DNA of 64,000 bases from NCBI GenBank assembly GCA_030141605.1, contig JAQGDQ010000449.1:1-64000 (forward strand). The letters are read 5' to 3'. The notes under the pieces were generated by a model. The model made no database searches. It was not told the origin of the DNA and was given only the letters and a program-made list of their open reading frames with translations. Origin of the DNA: Tubiluchus corallicola. Taxonomy: Eukaryota; Animalia; Priapulida. The translations under genes were made by a program, and so were the position numbers. Below, piece after piece: positions 23,200 through 37,470 of the stretch (within the stretch, counting starts at the first letter, position 1; each line of letters starts with the position of its first letter).

Positions 23200-25730
23200 A
23201 TTAGGGCTGGTTTCAAGTTCTTGTGGCATACGTATGACGTCATAATACCTACAACATCATCAGCCGGAACTTTTGAATACACTTTTGTTAATAACTGCTC
23301 ACTTTAGAATTTAGAGCATATAAATATTTTATCGACAAATAATATCGACAAACATACGTATAAAGTTCCCAAGTTTGTTGGATTCAGGCACGTGGATATT
23401 ATGACCTTATGGTGACTATGACGTCACAAGTTAGATTTCCAAAGAGCATTTTCTTTAATAACGGCTATTAGGTCAGAAAGCATTAGCTCAAAGTCTCTAT
23501 TAGTTTAAGGTGTGAAAATGTGCAACGTTTTACAATATTGAGAGTTTTGTGTAAAAATAAGTAGGAGTAAGCTTATCTAAAAATACTAGTAGCAAATCAT
23601 TGTCATCTTCCACAATCATCAATTCGTTCTCCATTTCTTTATCTTCCTCATCTAAATTTTCCTCATCTGTAAAATCCTTTCCAGTGTCTTTGTCTAAATC
23701 TTAATCATAGTCCTGTTATTATTTCAGCTGATGTCTTATTCCCTCAAATTTGACAGTACATTTGTCTTGACACTGCGCACTTTGACCAAATTCACAGAAA
23801 CATCGGTTGTAGATGGACTGCGATTAGAACACTTACACCTTTCGAGTTTTTGCGTAGGCACAATTTTCTCTGGTGCTGTTATTGGCAAGGTAATTTTTTA
23901 CTGACTATTAAGCTATTCGTATTTGGTTAGGTGAAAGCTTTTTTCAGAAAGCATTCCAGCATTTTTCCAATTGTAACATTTGGCAATTAGTTGTGTAGCT
24001 GTTTGTTTTACATGACTCAAGGCAACTTAGGTTTTGACCTGATTATCATCAAATTACATTTCAAAGACTAGGTCTTTTTGAAATCAGCTTAATCTAGGGT
24101 ATGACCATTCCATACGTGAACTGGCGTTGAGAAAGATCTATTTAAAGCCCATTTGTGATTACTGTTTACTGTGGTTACTGCAAAAAAGTGCAGTCCTTTC
24201 TTGCAACTTCTGAACCAGCATTGAAGTTAGCTGTTTTACGTTTTCAGTAACTGAAATGTGTGGCTTCTGAGGTGGAAGTTTATGAAGTACTGTTTTAAGA
24301 TTTAGCTTAGGATATCAACTAGCTTGCTGATACTACGATGTGATCGTGTACATAGTTTTAGGCTGTAGTCGCAATACTAGTTAAATACTAGGTATAGGTA
24401 CACGTCATTTTAAAAATGTTCCTACATTCTAGGTCAGACTGCTTATTTGGAACAAATCAGGAAATTTGTAATAAAATCTTGAACAGGTCCTGTGGTTGGC
24501 GAATGAATTATTCACATTACAGTGCAATCGTCTGACCAGGTGACAGATTACAATCACCTGAAGGGGACAAAAGTTGCTCAACTTTGCGTTCCTTCAAAGC
24601 AGACTTAGTTTTCGTAATTTTGAATATTGTCATTATCATCAAACATATATGTATATATCTATAGATGTTGGAAGCTTATAAAGCAAAAGCTGTTTAATGT
24701 CAATATCACAGCTGCGTATAAGACCCGCAAACGCGTAGAGAGATTGGCAGGCTGCATAAGATTATGGATAAAATAAGACCAAAAATTCATAAAATAAAAC
24801 TTGAAAAATATCCATAAAATAAGAAATGCATAAAATAAAAAAATATTTTTTTTGTGATTTTTTGTACAAAATAAGGCAATCAAAACTGAAATTGGATCGG
24901 AAACTTCACCCTAGAGGGCATTCTACATTCGTACCAAATAGATGAATTATTTGAACTGAAGTGATGAATTACAAGGCATTGTCTCGCAAAATTTGATTAA
25001 ATTTGAAGTGATATGAAACCGATAAAATTAAAACGAAACTGATAAAATTAAAACTAAGTCCTGCGTGTTTAAAAACACGTTTCAAGCATTCCTGTTTTTA
25101 CTTTTTAATTAATTTCCCCCTGGGCATCTCGTTCTAGATATAGTCTATTTCTTATTTTATTGATATCCATAAAATAAAATTTCAAAAATCCATAAAATAA
25201 GCTATTTTATTTATTTTATACATATCCATAATCTTATGCACCCTGGAGATTGGTAAGCAGACCTGAGGTTGCAGTCAAAGATGTCAGTGATTCCAGTTTT
25301 GATTCGCTTTTCATTTATATTGACAAAATGATAACTTTCTTCTACACAGAATCATTAAATTTTCGAGTCAGCTTTGCTCCAAGTCAACATAATGGTATGG
25401 CATCGTCTACTTTAGCCTCAGGTTTCAGTAACATGGCTATCATGATAAATGATGACATCATAGTAGTGACATCGCAATCAGTGTAAGTTTGTAATACATT
25501 TACAATATCCTTATACAAAATATTGACTATAAAATATTGATTTTAAAATTCTACTCTATAGTCATAACCTCTATAACGTCATACATGTAGCCAAGTCCAA
25601 CACACTTGGTTATTTTGTATGTATGCTTCTATTAGGTGATAAAACATTATGAGCTCCAAAGTGTCGCGCTGGTCATCATTCATATTCTTAATCTGGAGGT
25701 CGTCAGGAATTAGAATCAGCAAAAAAACGT
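23200..25730 (-). mobile_element. Internally deleted Academ(X)-like DNA transposon remnant
   Basis: Long imperfect inverted ends (e.g. 23353-23382 vs 25596-25625, 24/30). Internal minus-strand fragments LHKLPP..ENVK, ATQLIAKCY..MLSEK, PITAPEKI followed by a decayed Cys-rich segment, and an acidic tail (DEENLDEEDKEME). These resemble the LPPT..NVxRA / AP..CxC..C..CxC C-terminus of Academ proteins. Boundaries approximate. Confidence 0.5.
24748..25245. mobile_element. hAT-type MITE (498 bp), young insertion
   Basis: 23-bp TIRs CAGGCTGCATAAGATTATGGATA / TATCCATAATCTTATGCACCCTG (22/23); perfect 8-bp TSD GAGATTGG (24740-24747, 25246-25253); sub-terminal CATAAAATAA repeats. Confidence 0.93.
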
Positions 25731-28700
25731 CAAGTGAACACTCATGACCAAAACATTTTTGACATTTTTGGCACAGACTAGCATAGACGCGAATATTGAC
25801 AATATTTTCTCGAATCGTATCACAAATCGACTTCGATCTTGGGCTACTTATCCCTGCGACAATTATAGGGTGAAAACGCGGAGAGGAGAGGCGGATACAG
25901 CAATACCCAACGGTACATTAGACGGTCGCATTCTCCATATGCCACAGGATAGTCCGTTTACTCTATCCCTGCATTTATCGAAAATGCCCACCATACATAC
26001 CTGCAGAGTGCAGAGTTATCAGTAACCAGTTTGCTTCCCTATAAAATTGCCTTCCCTTCTCTTTTATTGATCGTAAGTCGTAATCGGCAGCAACAACTAA
26101 TTTTATACTTGCTGCAAAGTTGGAAGGGACTGGGAATGTGATCAGACCCACCACCCCCCACCCCTACCCCCACCCTCATATGAGCAGGCCTGTCAGAATG
26201 ATTTCAGAATTAAACGGAAACACAAGAGTGCACAGTTAATATGCGCAGGCGTACCTTTTCGTTTTGCTGACATACGAATTTAGGAAATTGTAAATACCTC
26301 TTTTTATAGGTGTGAAGCACCAGCTTAAAAACTGCAGTGAGACTTGCAGAAAAAGAAAAGCAAACAAAATGTTGTAAACACAGTGTAGCTTAGCAACGAC
26401 TATAGAGAGTCTGGGAATGTTTTAGTTAACACTGGATGTGGTTTTATCCCCAATTTTCGCTCACCTTTGCTATCAGGCTATGAAAGGCTTTAACTGTGTC
26501 GGTCTGACTTTGTTCGTACAGAACCTTTTGCTATAATGGGCGTCACCCGCTTTAAAACTATACTGAGAATACTAAAAACTACTTAAAGCTTTAGACCCAA
26601 AATTCCATAATGTAATTATAAAAAAGTATATAGTGTAATTATAATAAATTAAAAATTATCACTGTTAACACAGACATATTATATGCGTATCCACACACCA
26701 TCTCAAATCTCGCCACAATCAAGTTTAATTTTTTTCGCTAAATACATTTTGCGATAGTCTTTAATTACAATTAACTGTGGTTGTAAAAGGAAGAGAAATG
26801 AAAACGTGGCTTCATTTAGGTCGAGATATTGGCAAAAGCTGGCTTGAACAACACAGCATTCAAATACTAAATGAAACCACGAACATGACTTTACTATAGA
26901 GAAAAATAGAGTGTTGAGAATTAAACTAGAGATTTTACGTTTGTACAGTTACTCGGAAAACCGTACAAACGTGAAACCTCTTGTTTTATTTCTTAACAAA
27001 CTCTGTTTTTCTCTATTTGTATTTATGTAACTCTTTGTGACTCTAACAGATATTTCTATATTTGTTTGTTATATTAAACAGATTGTTAAAGCAGAGATTC
27101 TCCTAGCAAAGGTGAATTACAATACTCAGGATGCTGTGCGGCAGCAACTTCATCCACTATTTTACCAGATTTATTCTCACACCAAAGTAATTATCTGATA
27201 AACACACAAAAACTAAAATAATGGAAACGTTACAAATTTTAAAATGTGACAAATTGACACATCTCAGGAAATGAAGTGCTAATCTACGCACCACTAACAG
27301 CGCGAACTGTGAGATCCGGGACGCACAAATGCCTAAAATAGTAAATGCAGCGCCATGCACTTCTTCAAAATATCGACCTTTTTGTCCATTATTATGTAAC
27401 ACTTTTATCCCTTCGAAGATCATGGGTTCGTTTCAGAGGATTACTGTGCTTCAGTGGCGTGGCCATATTCACGTTGATAGGGTTATTACTGATTTCGAGT
27501 TTTATGTGTAATTTTAGAGTCTAATAATTATTTTATAGGATGTGCCAAAACAACAAAATAATAACACAAAGACCAGAATTAGATTTAACACTATTTTGTG
27601 ACGATTGTAAACAAAGTAAAATTAATGTTTAGAATGACGCTGCTACATAAATTGATCTTATAATTTATTTAACGTTGATGTCGAAGTTTATTACGTTGAC
27701 CTTGTTTGTTCTATGTTACTCTGCGTTGAGCTTGTTTGTTCTACCCTGAAACTGGGGTCATAATGACTGGCCTAAACAACGTATAGGGCCTGTACATTTC
27801 GCAAGGGGTTTCGGGTAGTAGAAATATTAAATGCAGCTGTTGACATTTTAAAATGAAAATTTTCTTTCTAAGGTATTATGATAAATCTTAAAATGCCCAT
27901 AACAATACTCGGTAATATCTTAAACAGTTCGCCAGAGAACTTGAAGCATATTTAGGCATTTCGGTTTGCTTAATTCATTTTTCTGAAAAAGGGGTTAATT
28001 TTCTCCCACTCTACGTATAAATACCGCCCCGACTTCGCATAATTTGAGGGTGATTCAGTGTTTGTTTACCCAAGAGCGATATACATTACCTGTTGAAACC
28101 AGCACCGAGTGCAGAAGCAGACGAGGGCTGCTACAATTAACCTTTTCATAGTTTGTTGTTGTATGCCTTCTTGTATGCAACTATTACTATTCAATATAAC
28201 TCTGTAGATAATAAAATCAAATGAAACTAAAATTGCACGATAAATTCCTTCGTGGAATGACTTAATCGACCAGTTTCATTTGGCTAAAAAGCAACTAAAG
28301 TAATAGATTACTCTGGATACACTCATTGAAGTCTAATCAGAACAGGTAATGCTTAACTTTCGAAAACCTAGTCTTTAGTACTGTCTCCTAGAGTGACACG
28401 TGATGAATATTAAAGAAGTTAATGAACAAACAATAAATCATTTTATTCAACGAGGTTAGTGCATGCACCTTTTGTTTCTATTAGAACATGAGTTCCTTTT
28501 TTGTTTACTTCGGAAGCCGGAAATCCGGTAATTCGGTAAGATAGTTAGTTATTGATGAGACTGCGTGGCGTTACAGCTGATCAAACCTGCTGTCTTTTCA
28601 AGTATCTTGAAATAATAAATTGCGTGATACGTGTACGGAATGTCTTTAAAACCAGCGTTGAAGGCAAAATATGGTGGGTGGTCAAAATACAGACGTAGCT

Positions 28701-29699
28701 GATAACTGTATCATATTTAAAAATTGACGAAAGGTTTTGTAATGGCAGAAATAAGCCGTTTTACTATTCGTATAACGTCATTGTTATATTCAGCGCTTTC
28801 AACAATACACGCGCGTATGCAGTAAAACACAAACAAACCGCTACTATGTCAAAAATTTTCGGTTGAATCACAAAATTACGCATCACGCATCACGTAAGGT
28901 CAAAAATAAGCTTGGAATATATCAAGCTATAAGGTAATCAATTTTTTTTATTAAACTTTAGCTTATTTTTTTTGCAACTTTTGTGCATTAAAACTGCTGA
29001 CATCATTTGAAACTGTGTAAAATAAAAACACTTTGCTCGCTCAACTTTCAACTAACACTGAATACCATAACGCCTGAAAATTTCACAAAGCAAAACTCTG
29101 TTCCAGCTGTAATCTTTTATTTCAAGACATTTCTTTCGTGGAGACTTTTTGTTGCTTTTCTGTACGACCGCAACGTTTTCCTGGAAGGAAGAGCACGGCC
29201 AGTGCTGACATTGTGATCAAGCACAGTTAGCCTAATTCTCATTAGCATGTTTTCTGGTTGGCAAATAGTGTTTTTGCTTCATACTTTAGTAAAGCGCTAT
29301 GAAACGTTTCAAGAGCAGTCATATGAATAAAAAACGCAATTTTCTAATCTGTCTGCTTTTCATAACACTGTTCGCATGAAACCATATTTTCTCTTTTTCT
29401 TCATGATGTCAGTTCTTTATGATCACAATGTTGCTCAGTCGAAGTTTCATCGTACCAGATATGTTTATTAATGCAGTGGGGGGGGGGAGAACAGATTGGA
29501 AGCGTTTCACTGAGTCAACTGCGTTCACGTCGACGAAGCCGACCAAAATCGATTATAAATACTTCTTGACCATAGAGATGAAGCATACCGTGATCTCTTT
29601 TCTGTAGTTAGCAAAACCACAAAGTAATGACTGGGTTGAACTGTCGCAATATTGAAAAGTAATTAAAGTTTGCAGGGATTTTCTGCGGATTCGGTACGT

Positions 29700-30110
29700 A
29701 TTGTACATATTAAAAAGTCATGTGAGTAGAGCTTTATATGAATTGGAAATTTTACGAGAAGGGAGTTAAACAGATATAATTTTGCTGATTGTTTAAGTTC
29801 AATAATCCTAAAGCTCTCCTTTATTAACAGAAACCGTTCAGAGCTAGCCCTACATAAGACATCAAAGTTATCTTTATTGGTAGAACGGTCATAGCCAACA
29901 ATGCGGTCAAAAGTAGCTGAATGCGTGTGTGCTTTTAATTTTTTACCTGTTATGAACAGAAATGCCCAGGTGTTCACATGCTCTTACAAGAAGGTGTCTA
30001 GATATCTCTCCATTGCATGCAACATTGCAACTACTGCACATATAGACTATCGGCTATCTAATATTGCAAAAATGTTGGTTTCTGTCTTTAAAAGAAAAAA
30101 ATGAACACAA
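29700..30110 (-). mobile_element. Penelope-like element, GIY-YIG endonuclease remnant
   Basis: Minus strand with frameshifts: F.FKD..IVYMCSSCNVACNGEISRHLLVRACEHLGIS / TGKKLKAHTHSATFD..DNFDVL....LLIKESFRIIELK..LYLFN. This matches the PLE pattern VY..C..C...YIG.T.R.L..R..EH...SA..DH...NF..L...IKES..I...KP. Confidence 0.78.
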
Positions 30111-32374
30111 ATATGACCTCATTTAAGTCCATTTCAAAAACACGCAGCTCAGCTTGTGGATACAGCTTTGACAAGTCGCAGTAATTTAGTCCTAATTTTC
30201 AAAGTTTTTGCACTTGTAAAATTAAGTGAGAAATAATCTTGCGCCAATAATGCATGCTGTGATGCTGATGCATTAATTTTCGTTAGCAATTTAGCAACAA
30301 TTTTATCCAAAGTGAAAGATGGAAATTTTGCTTAGAATATCTGGGCATTTCCCCACGAGCTGCCTTGTAAGATGAAGAAATATGATAATATGAATATGCT
30401 TTAGTTTATGCAATCGTTCTGCGTTTGAAATTTTTATTATTATTGAGATTTCTCAAAGACAAATTTGTCGCTGTCATTTTAGATCTTGCATTGAACCTTT
30501 ACGTTACGTTCAACGGTAATGCAACGCATTATGTGCAGTTTTAACACTCTTTCATTCGTTGTTATAGAGAGCTTAGAAAAGCTATTGTTTTATTTTTGTG
30601 AACAAAGAAAATTGCTTAAAATAAGTCTCAGAGGTTTAGATAAAATAATACGAGTGGAACAAGTTTTGCTTGCTAGGCACTGGCCTGCAGCTCTTTGTGA
30701 CTGTCTGTCCCGCTTCTCGTAGCTGCAACGATTCTTTGATTCGTTTGATTCTTTGATCTAAACGATCAAAATAAACATAACCAGAATAAACAGAGTGAAA
30801 GAGAAAAGCACCAGTAAAAAGCCGTTTATGCTGGTCCGCTATTTACGATGCTCTCATCATTCTCTGGGATATTTTCCACCGTAGCTAAACGCAGCATTTG
30901 GGATTGTCAAGTGCAGGAGCAATTTTGTCATCCCTTCGTTTGCAAGTCTTTGTGAAAACGCTTAAGCAATCGAATATTCATTTGTAGACAACATACTATC
31001 TGTCAGACGCACCAGTCAGTGCAGTCATATTAATGTAATGCTATAAGTTCCGCATGCACGTTCGGAGCCTCGCATTAAAATTCAGGAATAGGAAAACCAA
31101 GCCATTGGCGTGACATTACTGAATGCAATGGGATGGGAAACAATACAGGGGTGTACAAAGTGAAATGACAACTTTCAACTGCCTGATCTTCCCACATACT
31201 TACTATTAGGATTCCCAAGTGCCTTTCTTGTAGCTCTAATGTAGTAAACATCACTTCAGCAGAACTGAAGATGTGTCAGTGGGTCTTAGGACAATTAAAT
31301 TTTAAATCTTTCAGCAGCATAACGCGAAATAGTTAGCTAGCAGTATAGTTAGTAATAGAATTAACAGAAAAAACAGATTTATTTATGACCTACAGTTTAG
31401 GTTTACCTGATAAACCTTATCAGGATAATTTTTCTGATGGGTTACTGTGAGCAAGGTTCAGACATGTGTCAGTATTTACGAGTTACATGATTTTGTAGAT
31501 TTCGGAAACTTTGGTTAACTAGCAAAAACTATTTAAAACGTTAGGAAAAGTAAATAAACAAAGGGGAAATTTCAATTACACAGAATCCGTTTATAAACTA
31601 CTACCAGTTTGACCTTGAATACCGCATTTCACGAATCTACATGGAATAAAGCGGAAAACTTAATTTCCTCTCGGCGTTGCGACTAATTAGACTAATATGT
31701 CTCTGATGCATTTGAGCAACAAAATTACTGGGCGGTCCTGCAGAGTACTTGCAGGCTAATGGCAGGGGATGACTTGTTGCATGAATGAATTCGAGTGACA
31801 GTAACAATTACCAACGTCAACACTTTATTATTATGGCCGAGTCCACGGAAATACACAATATTCATCGCCATACTTAAACTAAAAGAAGGCAGGGGAGTAG
31901 TCAAGCATACCTATTAGGTTGCAGACCTAATGAAAAATAAGCATTGTAACATTATCGGAAAGAAAAAGTTGGAAGGCCTTCTATCAGAACGTTTTGCTGT
32001 TCAATTTCTCGTTTTGTGAAATGTTATGTCCTTTGTACTTGACTTGACAGCGTGAAATAGTTTCCTAAACAGCATGTCTAAATTAAGTTATACTTGCCGT
32101 ATTTCTCATATGCAAAGTATAATGTTACTCAATGTAATGTCAGACCTGTTTGCTTTTTTAGTAAAGTTCTACTAACCACTTCAAAATCCGAAAATATACA
32201 TATGTGAAATAAATATATGCGTGCGTTATTTTTCCTTTTAACAAATTTTGCCATCGATGTTGCATTAATAAAACATAAAATCGTGACTTTGAGAAATCTT
32301 ATAGTTTATGCTGAAATGTGTTAATTATTGTTCGTTAAATAAGAAAGAAGTAATTGAGTAAGCTAAATTTAAGA

Positions 32375-32620
32375 CTGAATTCCGCTAGGATCCTCACGAA
32401 CATGGATCATGATGTACTATTTCTACCATGCGGAATTCCTCACTAGGAAGACAGCTAGCTTCTAGCTGGCAGCAGAATTCCGCACGATGAATTGCAGGAG
32501 AAATTTTGACGTGCGTCCTCACTGTGAAATGCGCTATAGGAAACAACGCGTTCCTTTCGTGACCGCAAGAAATTTCTCCGCGAGTCATTTTACTGGGCGT
32601 CCTCGCTGTGAAATGGGCCT
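32375..32620. mobile_element. Partial PIF/Harbinger-like MITE
   Basis: Ends in TGTGAAATGGGCC followed by TAA; internal repeat gcgtcctc.ctgtgaaatg x2 and inverted pair tgcggaattc/gaattccgca. Left TIR not found. Confidence 0.4.
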
Positions 32621-35600
32621 AACGCTACTCCTTAATTAAGACCAAAAATTAGAAAGAGAGCCAACGTTCACTATGTGCGGGTTCACGGTTTCCGTCAACA
32701 ACGATGGTCAGTGACAAAAACCAACTATGTCGCGAGTTCCGAAAAATAAAAGTAGAAAGCGAAAAAAAAATTGAATCTAAAACGTACAGTACCTACACAT
32801 GTAACACAACCGTAAGATCGGATTTAGTGTCTTTACAGTGCGCATGCACATAGGTACACTAGGTACACAACACTAAAAAAAGGGGAAGCTTCGACCAACC
32901 CGCAGCAATGCAAATAAAGTTTCACAATCTTCCTTCAGAAATTACCTTTGAAACCACCTAGGATGTGTCGTTCCTCTTGTATCAGTATGATTCGTCCGCT
33001 GACGTCAGTAACGGTGATTCATAAAAACAAAGTAACTACTGTGTTCAATAAATTTGTGCATCTTCAATGGCGTTAGCAGATTTCATAATTTCATAATTTT
33101 TCCTTTATGATAAATGGCAAGAAAGAAGTTTTTGCGAGAGCAATACTCGCAATGATGATTGCGATGTCACGAGAAGTAGACATTTCGTCATTAGAAGTAA
33201 ATTTGCGTACTGCAATTTTGTTTGTTGCACTAATAGAAAAAAATCTTCTGTGTTGTTGACAATGAATAAAGACTATAATAAGCTTTTCACGAAATATCGC
33301 AGCGAATATGTGACTAGGAAAATTAAGGTGGTTCCAAATTCCTGACCTGTTTTGTTGTTTGTCTTGGCGAATAAGCAGGCGCGAATTACCCTTACTATTA
33401 AAAATGGGGCAAAACTACTACTTTGTGCATGATTTCATCGATGATTATTCTGGAAATGTTCACAAAATCCACAGGTCTTCGCCATGCGTGAAATTTTCGC
33501 AATCAGCATCTTTAGAGATTTTGCTACGCCAAAGTGAAAGTCTGTCAGAATAATTGATTTATTCCTAGCTCCCAGCAGTTTTATTTCCGAGTAAATCTTC
33601 AATATCCGCCAGTTTAGTAAAAATGACATCACAATGATTATCAATAAAGTACGATTAAAACAGCAGAAGAAAAGTGTCAATAAGACGGGCACGTGTCTCT
33701 TGCTGTTGAGTTTTCTAATTGAGCAAAACGAGACAAAAAGTTAGATAAAATTTAACGGCAAGTTTAAACTCAAAGTAGTTTTGTTGTCAGTCGTTGCTTG
33801 CAAATTTGTTAAACCGTGTTATCCATCCAATTAGTTGTAGTTAGAACACTCCGACAGTAGGCCTTAGTAGCGAATATTACCATTGTTACCATGACAGAAT
33901 AATGGTACTGGTATCAGCTAAAATATTCCAAGTGATTTCACTAATTTTAAAACTCGTGCAAAAACAAGCCTTCGTTTTCATTAAACCGATATAGCCACAA
34001 TAATTCCATTTTTATCTTAGAAAGAGGTAGTGGGAACTGAAACGGTGAAATCATGCACGTGAAGAAACGCGTGTAGTGATAAGTAATAAATTAAAATTCC
34101 TATTCAAATACTTTTTACATGAGACAGGTAACAACTCAGCGTATATGTAGGCTTACACAAACGCCATTGTAAACTGTGGTGAAAAATAATTCATTTAAAA
34201 AGCAATAGACTGCTATTATCATTACCATCGTCAACGTGTGAACGTTTTATAATATTGGAGATCACACCCGTTTTAGCTAACCACACCCGTCTGTCACTAC
34301 TGCCCAAGACGTTGATCTTGACTACTATCTAAGACACTGACTGCGTCAATAGTTGATCTTCTGGACTTTCTGCTGGTTTAAGAATTTTACGTGGTGCTAA
34401 ACAGATTGGAGATCGTCTACGCATGCCTGTTCTGTGCAATCTTATTGCTTGGATTTCCTAAGGGTACATAGGGATCCTAAACTACCAATCGTACAAATCA
34501 TCGTTGGATATTCTGATGCCAATTTGATACCCAATAGCTTCAGTGACGGTGAAAAATGAAAGATGAGGCTCGCGCACTGCTGAAAGATTGTCTCACCCGC
34601 AAGATAAATGTGTATTATGTCTCCCAGCAACGTAATTTTGCATAAAGTCACTTCGTTAAAATAAGCCAGCAGAAACTTCTTGCGAAAAACTTTCAAAGCT
34701 TTCATGTTCTATACCAGGAATTGATTAAACGAGATATTCGTGATGATGACAATCTTTAAATAAATTGATCATAAAATCCATTCTATAAATTACTTCTTTC
34801 TGAAAAATGAGCGAGTTTCTGCCGAGATACACCAGCCAAACTTAACTACAATTCCGTGAGGTGATGAATGAGGCACAATTCTGGGCTAAGGGAAATTTGT
34901 TTTCTAGGTTTTCTCAAGCGAATGTGTATTAAATTGAATCCATGCAGGATCAATGTAGGTAAAGAGACTATAGCAACCATGTTTCTATGTTAAGTAACTA
35001 TATAAATCGAATTGGTATCAAGATCGCCATCTGAATGCCTACCTTACAGCCGACTACAACAGCTAAATTAATGTTAGCCCATTAATCTGAAGATATACAA
35101 TCAAACCCCTATAAATAAGTAATAAACTGGCATAGATTTCTGTTACCGGATCAACTCAAGTTACGTTTCCTTTAAAGCAACATCAATATCTTATCTATTA
35201 GAGTTTTTAATACTGAAATTCTTTATATCCGTATTCTTGTCCTTTGCAAAAACTATCTGCGCTCTTATATATATATATTTACATTAAAGCTGTATTTAAT
35301 TAAAACAAATGTAGAGGAGACACTGAACTGGCAAAGGCATCTTAATTACATTCGTATGTACATATATTCCTTCTCACTTACGTAACAAGTTGGTTGCAGT
35401 ATGTCGAACAAAACCATTTAGAAAAAAATTCTCTTAGTGTTCACCTATCCACCTATTGAATCAGCTCGGCATTGCTTAACTTCTCTTGCTAAGCACGACA
35501 ACAGTTCAGCCGCATCTGTATGATCCAGATCTAATTTTCTAAAAAAAAGTTAATTTAATATAATTCTTGATAGTGTCTGGTCTGATTTAGACTTGACTGC

Positions 35601-36349
35601 AAATATTTTATTTAAGATATCTTTATAGGTGTGGGCTCAGTTGCTATTCTTATCATTCATGTATGAGTTTTATGAAAGCGAAAATTGCTACAGCGGCTGT
35701 GTAGGCCAATCGTTTATTGGAGGTGCATGACCAATCTAAGGTACAGGAAAACAAGGAGAAAGTCTAATTAGAACAATAAATTGAAACGTTTTCCTTCTAA
35801 TTGGAAAACAGAAGATCAATTTTCCTTGCACAAAATGCCTACATGAAAACCAGAAAATGAGGATCTTGCTTTCATAATTAGGAAACCCTTTGCTTTACGC
35901 TGAGTTGCTAAGAACGTAGAACTACAATCTTGTCATAGAAAAAATTAGAGGAATTTGACTAAAGAGTTCTAATATTAATTACGATGCATAAATAAGCGAA
36001 TTTATAAAATATGAATGTAAAGTTATGCGCTGCTACAGGAAACACATATTCCGCAAAATAATGTGGCCAGATGAACAGTAGCCAAATCGTTTACAAGATG
36101 GGCATTCCGTGACCAATCCATCTATATACACGATCTAATAATCGTCTGGTCAGAGTAACTGGATTTAAAGTTACATTTGCACATGATTAAAGTATAAGAG
36201 CAAAGACATTTAAGCAAAAACATGGCTATTTACTCCAACACAATCAATTACAAAGTTTCCACCATAACATGGCCATGATCACACAATTCTACCTAATAAA
36301 AATATAACGTGTAAAAATTAACATTGAGGTTCATGCTGCAATCGATTCA

Positions 36350-37470
36350 CATAAATCTGATCCGCTTCGGATTGTCAGGGAAGAGGGCCTTATTGACACT
36401 CTACTTCGCGTGAAATACCGTCCCTTCGGAGTTTCTGCTCGCTATTCGGAGTCTCTTCGGCTACATTGTAAATTGTAACACCAGGGTGTTCCCTCTACCA
36501 CTGCTGAAATTCGTCATTCCTACTGATTGCTCAACCCCGATGGACTGTAAAGAGTGTTCTGATTCATTGCGTCCCACGTCAGTGCCTCCATAGCCGGGCT
36601 CCGTCCAGTCTGAAGGGTCAGCCACTTCAGTTTCGTATCACTCCTTTACCTTTATTTGCTAATAGTGGTTCGGACTACTTTGGCCCTTTTACCCTTGTCA
36701 AATGGGAATAAGTCGTGGATTATCCTTTTCATATGTTTGGTTATTCGCGCCGTTTATCTGGAGGCAGTGGATTCTTTGAACGAGTATAATACCATGCTAA
36801 AATTCGACATTTCAATGCTCGTTGTGGGATCGATGGTCTGAAATTATTTAGCTCAGTCTTTTCGTAGTTTAGCAAAGTCTTCCAAGGGCATTGTTGAGTT
36901 GCATTTCATTCCAGAAGCCGGCTGCTGGTGGCGAGATTTCTGGGAGCGTGTGATTGATACCACACAGGCGTGTTGTAAGACACTTGGCAACATTTTTTTT
37001 CTTCTGTTGACCTCCACAAAGTCATAATTGTGTTGGAGGATGGATTAATCGCCGTACACTCATCTTAGTTGGTGATGTTGACTTATTGACCCTACGCCAT
37101 TTTTTACACGAGATGGCTCGTCCACCATTGCAGTTTGTGTCTTGCGAGGATATCTCTAACGTAGATTTTCTTCGTAGTTGATGACATTGCTGACATTGCT
37201 CACAGGTTATCGAACATCTGTGGAACACTGGAATTTCGAATACCTCCAGACCCTTGATAAATGGAGATCTAGCTCTTCTGTTCAATCAGTTAATCACCTG
37301 GGTGATGTAGTTTTGGTACAGGAGAAACCTGTGCCTAGTTGTCGCTTCCTATCATTAAGGAGCTGACAGCTGGTAACACGTGGACGGTCAGGTCAGATCC
37401 TATCTCGAAATCGTATGACTCGTAGGCTTTAGTCTGCATTCTCCCCTTTGGAATGTGCGTCAGTGGAGGG
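36350..37470 (+). mobile_element. BEL/Pao LTR-retrotransposon integrase remnant with polypurine tract
   Basis: Colinear BEL/Pao motifs despite disablements: LFANSGSDYFGPF, KSWIILFICLVIRAVYLEAVDSL, HFIPEAGCWWRDFWERVI, INRRTL, LTLRHFL, HWNFEYLQTLDKW, LGDVVLVQEKPVP, DGQVR, PLE. These are followed by GGAGGG|TGT at 37465-37473 (PPT and the start of a 3' LTR whose end is unresolved). Confidence 0.88.

Noticed and set aside
27157-27511. Possible nested gene in the receptor intron (ORFs here and at 34442-34705, 37559-37864)
   Set aside because: Short ORFs with no recognisable domain, no consistent splice signals and no multi-exon chain; an RNA-seq or tblastn check would be needed to exclude them fully.
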